From positions 32,001-96,000 of the forward strand of contig JAWACY010000001.1 in NCBI GenBank assembly GCA_038896535.1: a DNA stretch of 64,000 nt, given 5' to 3'. Every line of letters starts with the position of its first letter. Within the stretch, counting starts at the first letter, position 1. Source of the stretch: Candidatus Anstonellales archaeon (lineage in GTDB: Archaea; Micrarchaeota; Micrarchaeia; Anstonellales; J096). This document shows, in pieces, positions 29,221-37,177 of this stretch. Below the pieces are notes generated by a model. It did no database searches, was not told the DNA's origin, and was given only the letters and a program-made list of their open reading frames with translations. Made by a program: the position numbers and the translations under genes.

Positions 29221-30240
29221 ATGGATACTACAGAAAAAAGGAAAGAAGAACACATAAAATTGGCTATGTCTGAAAACGCACTCTATGCTAGCGGAAACGG
29301 CTTTGATTTTATTGAACCGCTACATAATTCATTGCCTGAGCTTGATTTTTATAAAATTGATACAAGGATAAGATGTTTTAATAAACTCTTCTCAATCCCA
29401 CTTGTAATAACTGGCATGACAGGAGGGTTCAGCAAAGCAAAAGAAATAAATATAAAATTAGCACTTGCGGCAGAAAAATATGGCATATTATTTGGACTTG
29501 GAAGTCAAAGGGCTATGCTTGAAAACAAAAAACTAAAGGATACATATGCAGTCAAAAAATATGCTAAAGGGGTATTTCTTATAGGGAATATTGGAGGTTA
29601 TCAGCTCAAGACATATAATATAAAGAGAATAGAAGAAATGGCAAATGACATTGAGCTAGATGCTCTTGCAGTGCATTTAAATCCATTGCAAGAGTTAATA
29701 CAAAAAGAAGGGGACAAAAACTGGGAACATGTAGAACAAAAAATAGCAGAACTTGCAGAGGCTTTGCGTATTCCAATAATAATAAAAGAAACTGGGGCAG
29801 GGATAAATGATAACATCATAAAAAGATTAAAGAAATATAACATTCATTGGTTTGACATATCTGGAAAGGGCGGGACAAGTTGGAGCAAAATAGAATACAT
29901 GAGGTCAAGCTTTGTTAAAGGTTTTGAAGAGTGGGGAAATCAAACTGCATTATGCCTTGCATTGTGCGCTGGAAAAGCGAATATTATAGCAAGTGGTGGT
30001 ATAAGAAATGGCATTGATGGGGCAAAGGCATTAATGCTTGGGGCAAACTTATTTGGAGCAGCAAGACCTTTTTTAATTGAGGCAATGAATGGTAATCTTG
30101 ATGGCTTAATAAATGAATGGCATGTTCAATTAAAATCATTTATGTTTTTAACTGGCAGCAAAAATATAAGTGCATTAAAAAAGGCGAGATACATAGTAAA
30201 GAGCTGTTGGCTTTCGAGATATTTAAAAGATAGATTATAA
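29221..30240 (+). CDS. fni: Type 2 isopentenyl-diphosphate isomerase (FMN-dependent IDI-2)
   Basis: RKEEHI, TGMTGG, GSQRA, HLNPLQE..Q.EGD, KETGAG, GGTSW, ASGGIR. Confidence 0.95.
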   Translation: MDTTEKRKEEHIKLAMSENALYASGNGFDFIEPLHNSLPELDFYKIDTRIRCFNKLFSIPLVITGMTGGFSKAKEINIKLALAAEKYGILFGLGSQRAMLENKKLKDTYAVKKYAKGVFLIGNIGGYQLKTYNIKRIEEMANDIELDALAVHLNPLQELIQKEGDKNWEHVEQKIAELAEALRIPIIIKETGAGINDNIIKRLKKYNIHWFDISGKGGTSWSKIEYMRSSFVKGFEEWGNQTALCLALCAGKANIIASGGIRNGIDGAKALMLGANLFGAARPFLIEAMNGNLDGLINEWHVQLKSFMFLTGSKNISALKKARYIVKSCWLSRYLKDRL

Positions 30241-30253
30241 ACCCATCACAAGA

Positions 30254-31423
30254 TTATATTACAAAACGCATTATTCTTATTACTGGTTTATTGCTGTCAG
30301 GCATTTTATTAAAACCAAGCAATTTTGCATGTGTTTCTGATACATGATATTTGCAAGCCCCCTCTTCTTTAAATACCACCTTTGTTTCAGTTATTTTATT
30401 AAAGTGTTCATCATATATAAAACCAATGGGCAGTAGGCTGTGACCATATTTAATAAATGCATTCAAACTTGGGCTTTTTGTTATTCTCATGATCTTCTCA
30501 GCTTTGCTCTTATCTATAATGATTGGACTTGCAATGTAAATTTTCCCATTGACATTAAAGATTGAATACATCGAAATGCCGTGTTTTTTTAATATATTTT
30601 TTATTCTCTGTAGCTTCGTTCCTTGTTGCATTATCAGAATGTGTTTCCCTTTACCAGCTATTTGTGAAGACAATGCATGAACAAAATACGTGCCAGAAGG
30701 AAGGCCAGCGCTTCCTTCTTGGCCTGTTTTTCTCGGCATGTTGCGAAGCAACGTCATTGCTATGCTGCTCTTTGCTGGCAATTTCATTTTCGGAATATAT
30801 TTTAATAAATCTTTTGCTTTAATTTCTAGCTCGTATGGTCTTAAAGGAACGCACATATAACCGCTTTTAAAATTATAAGTAAATGGTAATCTAACAATCC
30901 TTCTTGTATCAATAAAAACGCCTTTATCAATATTGAAACGTTCAAATTCTTTGTAAAGTTCTTTTCTGTTATTTAAAACAGCCTCTTCCCTTTTTCTCGG
31001 ATTTTGTTCTTTAAATTCTTGCTCATCTAAACAGCTTATATGGAACCCTTTTGAACCAGAGAATGCTATATAATTTATTTTATAATCGTGCTGTATTAAA
31101 TAGTCATAAAGTTGTAATGCCCTTTCTCTTGCTATATCAATATTTTCAATTAAACTACCTTTACTTACATCAATATCAAAAAATATATCAGATTTAAGAA
31201 AAACTGTATCATACTCTTTTTCTTTTTCCCTCTTTCCCAGTAATTTTGGGTTTAACCAATAAGAAATAGAATAATAGCTATCGTATGCTTTATTCTCTTT
31301 CAAGAATTCTAACAATGATTTGTAATGAAAAAATTTCTTTGTTGCTTTCTTGAACAGCCCAAATTTATTTACAAACCTGATATGCCTAAACTTTAATAAT
31401 GGTATTATTTCAGCAAAAAAGGG
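30254..31423 (-). CDS. PriS-like archaeo-eukaryotic primase; frame open to 31423, with no ATG/GTG/TTG upstream of 31315
   Basis: YYSISYW, FFDID, FSGSKGFH, DTRRIVRLP; 36 more open codons upstream of the called TTG encode FRHIRF, similar to the PriS REFGF strand. Confidence 0.8.
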   Translation of the reverse strand, partial: PFFAEIIPLLKFRHIRFVNKFGLFKKATKKFFHYKSLLEFLKENKAYDSYYSISYWLNPKLLGKREKEKEYDTVFLKSDIFFDIDVSKGSLIENIDIARERALQLYDYLIQHDYKINYIAFSGSKGFHISCLDEQEFKEQNPRKREEAVLNNRKELYKEFERFNIDKGVFIDTRRIVRLPFTYNFKSGYMCVPLRPYELEIKAKDLLKYIPKMKLPAKSSIAMTLLRNMPRKTGQEGSAGLPSGTYFVHALSSQIAGKGKHILIMQQGTKLQRIKNILKKHGISMYSIFNVNGKIYIASPIIIDKSKAEKIMRITKSPSLNAFIKYGHSLLPIGFIYDEHFNKITETKVVFKEEGACKYHVSETHAKLLGFNKMPDSNKPVIRIMRFVI

Positions 31424-31689
31424 CTATCCCTATATGCCCTCTTCTTTATGTAATTCCTCAATGCTTTTGCCATTCTCTTGTCTTTTTTACTTAACTGCCT
31501 TACCAATTTATCAAATTGACTCTTTAATTCATCTTCGTCAGATGTTGGTTTTATTTTGGATGAAAGCCAACTTTCAAGTCTATGATAAGTTGGCGTTAAT
31601 CTTCTTGCCTTCTTTATTCCTTGTGGTTTTGCTTGTTGTTTCTCTTCTTTGCCAAAAAGAATACTTTTAAGCCAATCTAAAAATGCCAT
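31405..31689 (-). CDS. Basic hypothetical ORF; probable N-terminal part of the primase via a -1 frameshift
   Basis: MAFLDWLKSILFG amphipathic start; ends AGC CCT TTT TTG CTG AAA TAA, overlapping the primase frame. Confidence 0.6.
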   Translation of the reverse strand: MAFLDWLKSILFGKEEKQQAKPQGIKKARRLTPTYHRLESWLSSKIKPTSDEDELKSQFDKLVRQLSKKDKRMAKALRNYIKKRAYRDSPFLLK

Positions 31690-31747
31690 AAATAATAATC
31701 TCATGTATTTTTAAATATTCTGCTTTTGTACTGCCTTACTTAAAAAG

Positions 31748-31819
31748 CGCCTCGGCCGGGATTCGAACCCGGATCGCCGGCGTGACAGGCCGACATGCTT
31801 GCCATTACACCACCGAGGC
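31748..31819 (-). tRNA. tRNA-Asp(GTC)
   Basis: GCCTCGG acceptor stem, TCGGC CT GTC AC GCCGG, GGTTCGAATCC. Confidence 0.95.
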
Positions 31820-31949
31820 TTAACAATTATATGCTAACAACATAAGAACATACCAACATATACAAACGCATCAATGCCAATGTTCTTATATAATTAGTAA
31901 TAAAATTTATAAATCACTATTTTTTGTTTTGAAGTGTTTATTTTATTTT

Positions 31950-32258
31950 CCTTCTTATATAAGAAGGCCCGTGTAATAGGGTTAGCGCCTTCTTACTTCT
32001 TATAGGTTATAATAAGGGGCTGGAAGATTATAAGAAGGCGCCAATAAAAGGGTTAGCGCCTTCTTATAGTGAGTAAAAAGCGTCTGGAAGATGATAAGAA
32101 GGCCACCATAAAAGGGTTAGCGCCTTCTTATGGGAGACTATAAGGGTCAGGAAGATGATAAGAAGGCCCCCATAATAGGGTTAGCGCCTTCTTATAGTGA
32201 GTAAAGGGGTTTGGAAGATGATAAGAAGGCGCCAATAAAAGGGTTCGCGCCTTCTTAT
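31950..32258. repeat. Tandem array 2 of palindromic 63-71 bp repeats (5 hairpin units), abutting the tRNA-Arg(CCT) 3' end
   Basis: ATAAGAAGGC starts at 31959, 32030, 32094, 32158, 32221; core ATAAGAAGGC-N9-AGGGTT(A/C)GCGCCTTCTTA; same family as array 1. Confidence 0.95.
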
Positions 32259-32260
32259 AA

Positions 32261-32335
32261 CGGGCTCGGAGGGATTTGAACCCTCGACCTACGCCTTAGG
32301 AGAGCGCCGCTCTATCCAAGCTGAGCTACGAGCCC
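32261..32335 (-). tRNA. tRNA-Arg(CCT)
   Basis: GGGCTCG acceptor stem, GCGCT CT CCT AA GGCGT, GGTTCAAATCC. Confidence 0.95.
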
Positions 32336-32399
32336 TTAATTTAATCATTTATTAATAAATGAATAAAGTTATAAAAAGCATTACTAAAATTTAAATAGT

Positions 32400-33500
32400 A
32401 TGGACAAATTGGATGAAAAAATAAAGCAGATAGAGGAAGAGCTCAAAAGAACTGAAAGAAATAAAGCAACTGAACACCATATCGGCTTTTTATTGGCAAA
32501 ACTGGCAAAACTGAAAAAAGAAAAAGAACAAAGAGAACAAAGAAAGGCAGGGAGTAAGGTCGGTTTTGCTATAAAAAAACAGGGGGACGCAACAGCTTTT
32601 CTTATAGGTTTTCCATCAGTTGGAAAGAGCACACTCATAAATAAGCTGACTGGAACCAAAAGTAAAGTGGCTGCTTATGAATTTACAACTCTTGAAGCTA
32701 TTCCAGGCATTTTAAAACACAGGGGGTTTGAAATACAATTGATAGATGCTCCAGGCATAATAAAGGGGGCAAGCTGGGGTAAGGGAAGAGGAAAAGAGGT
32801 TATATCTGCATTGAGGGCGGCCGACTTATTAATAATAGTACTAGAGCCAGATAATATAAAAGAAAAATTAGACATAATTAAAGAAGAACTCTATAATGCT
32901 GGCATAAGGATAAATGAAAAAAAACCAGATATAAAAATAGAAAAAACTGATAGAGGCGGGATAAACATAACAAAAAAATCAAGCATTTCAATAAGCGAAG
33001 AGGTAATAAAGAAAATATTAATGGAATTCAATTATCACAATGCCAACATCACACTAAATGAGGATATTACAGTAGAAAGATTAATTGATGCGATAGCTGG
33101 AAACAGATTTTATGTGAAGGCAATATTTATTGTAAATAAATCTGATAAGTTAAGTAATAAACAGCAAGAAGAAATAAAAAAAGTAATAAAAGAGCCATTA
33201 ATATTCTTATCTGCAGAGAGAGGAACAAATATTGAAGAATTAAAAGATAAAATAACAGAAAATATTGGATTAATAAAAATCTATACAATGGATAAATTCG
33301 GAAAAATAGATCATGAAAGGCCCTTAGTTTTAAAAGAAAATTCAACAGTTGCAGATGCTTGTAAAAAAATCCATAGGGATCTGTTGAAAAATTTCAATTA
33401 TGCGAAAATATGGGGAAAATCAGCAAAATTCAATGGTCAAAAAGTTGGGTTAGAACATATATTGATGGATGGCGATGTCATTTTTATAAAAACAAAGTAA
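32400..33500 (+). CDS. DRG-family GTP-binding protein (TGS domain)
   Basis: NKATEHHIG.L.AKLA.L, GFPSVGKSTL, YEFTTL, GKGRGKEVIS, WGKSAKF.GQKVGL.H.L.DGDV. Confidence 0.93.
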   Translation: MDKLDEKIKQIEEELKRTERNKATEHHIGFLLAKLAKLKKEKEQREQRKAGSKVGFAIKKQGDATAFLIGFPSVGKSTLINKLTGTKSKVAAYEFTTLEAIPGILKHRGFEIQLIDAPGIIKGASWGKGRGKEVISALRAADLLIIVLEPDNIKEKLDIIKEELYNAGIRINEKKPDIKIEKTDRGGINITKKSSISISEEVIKKILMEFNYHNANITLNEDITVERLIDAIAGNRFYVKAIFIVNKSDKLSNKQQEEIKKVIKEPLIFLSAERGTNIEELKDKITENIGLIKIYTMDKFGKIDHERPLVLKENSTVADACKKIHRDLLKNFNYAKIWGKSAKFNGQKVGLEHILMDGDVIFIKTK

Positions 33501-33546
33501 ATCATAGTGAGTTTTAAATATTTTTATGTATAAAAATTAACACTAA

Positions 33547-33618
33547 GGGCTCTTAGCTCAGAGGTAGAGCGCCCGCCTTGCACGCGGGAGGCCGGGGGTT
33601 CAAATCCCCCAGAGTCCA
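33547..33618 (+). tRNA. tRNA-Ala(TGC)
   Basis: G3:U70 pair; CCCGC CT TGC AC GCGGG; GGTTCAAATCC. Confidence 0.95.
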
Positions 33619-33665
33619 TGCATTTTTCCTTTAATGTTTATTTATCACTAGCTTCAAAAATTTAG

Positions 33666-34670
33666 TTAGTCTATTCTTTGTGCTATTATTGTTCTGCTCC
33701 TTAATTTTACTGATTTGCTTAAATTTGCTATTAATGATGATATCTCATTTATTTCCATAATTTTGCCATTTCTCAACTTAATTAAAACTGGGTCTTCTTT
33801 TTTTAATACCCTGCCGGGTTTTATTATCATATATTCATTTTTGTTCATTTTATTTATTGTATTTTTGTCAACTTCTTTATATAATTTTCTTAAAAGTAAA
33901 TTGTTTGCTGTACTTATGTGTTTTGCCATTTTATTAAGACAAAAATTATCACCTTTCCATATCAAATCATCAATTGATATTATGCCTTTTTTCAACGCTT
34001 CCATTAATGCTCTTTTTAACATGGCATCTGCTATTCTCACAGTGCGATGCAAATAAACAGTAAAAAACATTAAATAACGGGCAATGAAAAGCATTTCAAC
34101 ATTTGAAAGGCCGCTTTCTCTTACTAATATTGTGCCATTTTTATATTCAAGATTAGTTAATAAATGCTCGTAATCGACATAACCAAAGTATACTCCACAA
34201 TAATAAGCATCTCTCCTTAAATAATCAAGCCTATCACTCCCAAGAGAAAATGATATGATCTTTTTTTCTTTTGCTCTTTCGATCTCTTTTCTTGTAAAGC
34301 TTGTTCCTTTTAAAGCTTCATCAACAAATGCTTCCCCGAATTCCTCGTGGTTTTTACTTATGCCAAGCTTGTTTAAAACCTCTTCCCCAGAATGAGAAAA
34401 TGCAACATGCCCAATATCATGCAAAAGTCCATATACTCTGGCTTTTTCAACGTCCATGCCAAGTTTTTCTGCAATTGCGCCAGAAATATAAGCTGTGCCA
34501 ATACTATGTTCAAATCTTGTGTGGTTTGCTCCCGGATAAACCAAATATGCCATTGACAGCTGTTTTATTAATCTCAACCTTTGGAATATTGGCTTATCTA
34601 TTATTTCCTTTTCTTCCTTTGTTAATTTTATGAGCCCCAATAAAGGGTCTCTTACCTCAATTCCATCCAT
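33666..34670 (-). CDS. HD-domain phosphohydrolase (SAMHD1/dNTPase-like)
   Basis: FQRLR.IKQL..AYLVYPGANHTRFEHSIG, LLHDIGH, DRLDYLRRD, VYLHRTVR. Confidence 0.9.
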   Translation of the reverse strand: MDGIEVRDPLLGLIKLTKEEKEIIDKPIFQRLRLIKQLSMAYLVYPGANHTRFEHSIGTAYISGAIAEKLGMDVEKARVYGLLHDIGHVAFSHSGEEVLNKLGISKNHEEFGEAFVDEALKGTSFTRKEIERAKEKKIISFSLGSDRLDYLRRDAYYCGVYFGYVDYEHLLTNLEYKNGTILVRESGLSNVEMLFIARYLMFFTVYLHRTVRIADAMLKRALMEALKKGIISIDDLIWKGDNFCLNKMAKHISTANNLLLRKLYKEVDKNTINKMNKNEYMIIKPGRVLKKEDPVLIKLRNGKIMEINEISSLIANLSKSVKLRSRTIIAQRID

Positions 34671-35881
34671 TACTTAAACCTCATTCCATCTTTGTTTATG
34701 TCTTCTATTTTTTCAATATCGAACTCAATTTTTTTTCCGAAATTATCTTTTATTACAATTGTATGCCCTTCTATTTTTTGGACAGCTCCAATAACATCAC
34801 CAAACGCATTATAAGCATTCATCCCTGAGACATCTAAATTATTAATGAAGTTCTTTTTTAATGAATCAAGATACGTATAAATTATATAAGATGAAGCCAA
34901 TATAACAAAGCCGTATTTAATAACGTCTGCAAATGAAAAGAATGGCTGAGAATCATTTATTATCCACCTGATGAGTATTTTAACAAATAGAAAAATTGCT
35001 ATGAGTGATATTAATAAGGCTGAACTTGTCAAAAGCCTGAATGCATTACTTTCGTAATAAGATAATAATGTCTTCCATATCGCCAGCATAAATGCTATAA
35101 AAAAAATAAATGTTATCAATATATCAAAAGAACTTGCATAAGCAATCAAAACTCCCTCTTTAAGCTTTGACTCATAATTAGAGACAGTAACAACAAAGGC
35201 AACAATAATGAATAAAGTAAGTATAACTGTAACAAGTGCTTTTAAATTGCCTTCAATGTTTATGTTGAATGCCTCAATGACCTTATTATCTATACTAAAA
35301 CCTCTCGCTAATAAATAAGCTCCAAAGATAAATGTAACATACTGCCATGGGATATTAAAGAGCTGTATTAAAGAAGCGAATATCAATATCAATGCTGGTA
35401 AGCCAAATACGATTTTTGCATAATATGGGTCTTTTAATTTTTCTATCAGTAAAAAATAGGCTTTTTCAAGTTCTTTTGCTTGCTTTACATACAACACATC
35501 TGTTGCCTCTATTTTTACTCTTGAGTCAATGACCGGCACTATAGATTCATCACTCACACCATCAGTTACCAATATGGCTGAATCTGCATGAATAGATTTT
35601 AATATTGTATCAAGCTGGTTTGATATTCTTTTTGTTGCTTTAATACCAAGGTCTTTATGGCCAGCCAATAGAACTATTTCAACATCGCTTGATTTTTTCT
35701 TTAATGACCTATAAATTTTTATTGCTTTGAATATAACATTTGCATCCGGATCCTCTGGGTCTGCAACAGCAAGTCTTGTTGCTGCTTCTAAACATGCTTG
35801 CTCACCAATAACAGGAGCAGATAAATGCGCTTTTCTTCCTAGGTCATCATCTATATCTACAGCGATCACAAGCTTTGTCAT
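34670..35881 (-). CDS. DUF373 family membrane protein
   Basis: VIAVDIDDDLG.KA...PVIG, DPED.DAN, VTDGVSDE, VKQA..LE..Y; C-terminal TM region. Confidence 0.85.
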   Translation of the reverse strand: MTKLVIAVDIDDDLGRKAHLSAPVIGEQACLEAATRLAVADPEDPDANVIFKAIKIYRSLKKKSSDVEIVLLAGHKDLGIKATKRISNQLDTILKSIHADSAILVTDGVSDESIVPVIDSRVKIEATDVLYVKQAKELEKAYFLLIEKLKDPYYAKIVFGLPALILIFASLIQLFNIPWQYVTFIFGAYLLARGFSIDNKVIEAFNINIEGNLKALVTVILTLFIIVAFVVTVSNYESKLKEGVLIAYASSFDILITFIFFIAFMLAIWKTLLSYYESNAFRLLTSSALLISLIAIFLFVKILIRWIINDSQPFFSFADVIKYGFVILASSYIIYTYLDSLKKNFINNLDVSGMNAYNAFGDVIGAVQKIEGHTIVIKDNFGKKIEFDIEKIEDINKDGMRFK

Positions 35882-35926
35882 ATGTATTTTTAATACCATT
35901 GCTTTAAAATTATTATAGGTGGCGCT

Positions 35927-36187
35927 ATGAAGTTTACTTTATTAAAAGTTGGTAAAGAAGAACTTGAACTTGAATTAGATGAAGCAGACCCTACTTTAAC
36001 AGAATTATTAGCAGAAAAGTTGAATGAATATGATAATGTAGAATTTGCAGCATCAAGGTGGGACCACCCCTTAGTTGAAAAACCAAGGCTTTATTTAAAA
36101 GTAAATAAAGGCGAAGCAATGAAAACACTAAAAAAAGCAATTGAAGATTTAAAAAAAGATATAAAGAAAATAGAAAATGGACTTTAA
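35927..36187 (+). CDS. rpoL: RNA polymerase subunit L (Rpo11)
   Basis: 86 aa; T...LL...L....VEFAA...DHPL...P.L.L; AGGTGG SD-like site. Confidence 0.88.
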   Translation: MKFTLLKVGKEELELELDEADPTLTELLAEKLNEYDNVEFAASRWDHPLVEKPRLYLKVNKGEAMKTLKKAIEDLKKDIKKIENGL

Positions 36188-37118
36188 AAGCATATTTATT
36201 GATCCGAAATTACAAATCATCATACTTATACTACTGCTTTTATCTTATATCATAATGCCATTAAATATAAAATCATACATTGGCATTATTGCAGGTTTAT
36301 ACATAATATCTGCTTTTATCATGCAAACAAAAGAGTCAATAAAAGAGCACGGCATTATAAATGAATTAAAAGAGTTATTAATGATAATAATATTGATAGT
36401 TGGTATTTTGATGTTTCTAAAATTCTGGTTTAAAACAGATGCTCCAATAAGTGCTATAGCAAGCTGTTCAATGGCAAAAAACATTAACAGAGGAGATTTA
36501 ATATTTTTAAGTAATAGAGATAACATTAATGCTGAAATAAAAATTAACGCTAGTATAGATGATTTATTTAATCTTAAAACATCTATAATATTTAATAACT
36601 CCGAAATAGCAACTCTAAACGGCTCTTTGTTTATTTATTGTAGAGATAAACAAAATGACATATGCAGGATATTCAATTTAAATCCAGATATGTTTGCTGA
36701 AAAAAGAGGGCCATATTTATTTTATTATGGACAATGCTATAGGAATAATAAAATGGAGCCTTGTATAACAGATATTGGTTTTGGAGATAAAAGATATAAA
36801 ATAAGATTTACTGGTGATGTAATAGCTTATAGGCCAGCTAACGGAACATTATTTTCATTTACAGGGGATATTGTACATCGTGCCATCATTGAAATCAATG
36901 ATAACGGAAACGTCTTTTACATAACAAAAGGGGATAATAATAATATTTTTGATATACAAATTTATAACGCTGGTTTATATAACACACCTGTAAGTAAAAA
37001 TCAAGTCATAGGAAAAGTTATTTACTCTCTGCCATATCTTGGTTATTACAAACTCTTTATAAGTCCATATGTTGCTGAGGATTATAGTTGTATAAACACG
37101 CTCCTGCCACCATCTTAA
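36177..37118 (+). CDS. Signal peptidase I (S26/Sec11-like) with a large Cys-rich insertion
   Basis: SCSM catalytic Ser box, RGDLIF, IVHR, ITKGDNN, VIGKV..SLPYLGY. Confidence 0.8.
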   Translation: MDFKSIFIDPKLQIIILILLLLSYIIMPLNIKSYIGIIAGLYIISAFIMQTKESIKEHGIINELKELLMIIILIVGILMFLKFWFKTDAPISAIASCSMAKNINRGDLIFLSNRDNINAEIKINASIDDLFNLKTSIIFNNSEIATLNGSLFIYCRDKQNDICRIFNLNPDMFAEKRGPYLFYYGQCYRNNKMEPCITDIGFGDKRYKIRFTGDVIAYRPANGTLFSFTGDIVHRAIIEINDNGNVFYITKGDNNNIFDIQIYNAGLYNTPVSKNQVIGKVIYSLPYLGYYKLFISPYVAEDYSCINTLLPPS

Positions 37119-37177
37119 ACAGCTTATTAAAAATAAAAAGATAGCATAAATTTATAATCATAATTTAAAATATAAGT

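Noticed and set aside
32190..32220. Replication origin ORB boxes (AAAGGGGT G-string)
   Set aside because: No TCCA..GGAA-type ORB dyad and no adjacent cdc6/orc1 gene; resemblance is limited to the G-run
31959..32258. CRISPR array (38-bp repeat with 25-33 bp spacers)
   Set aside because: The linkers are homologous to each other (all end GGAAGAT) and the repeat varies internally
31959..32335. Integrated element with attL/attR duplication of the tRNA 3' end
   Set aside because: No copy of a tRNA 3' end and no integrase seen; the shared AGGGTT(C) is only 6-7 bp and in the opposite orientation
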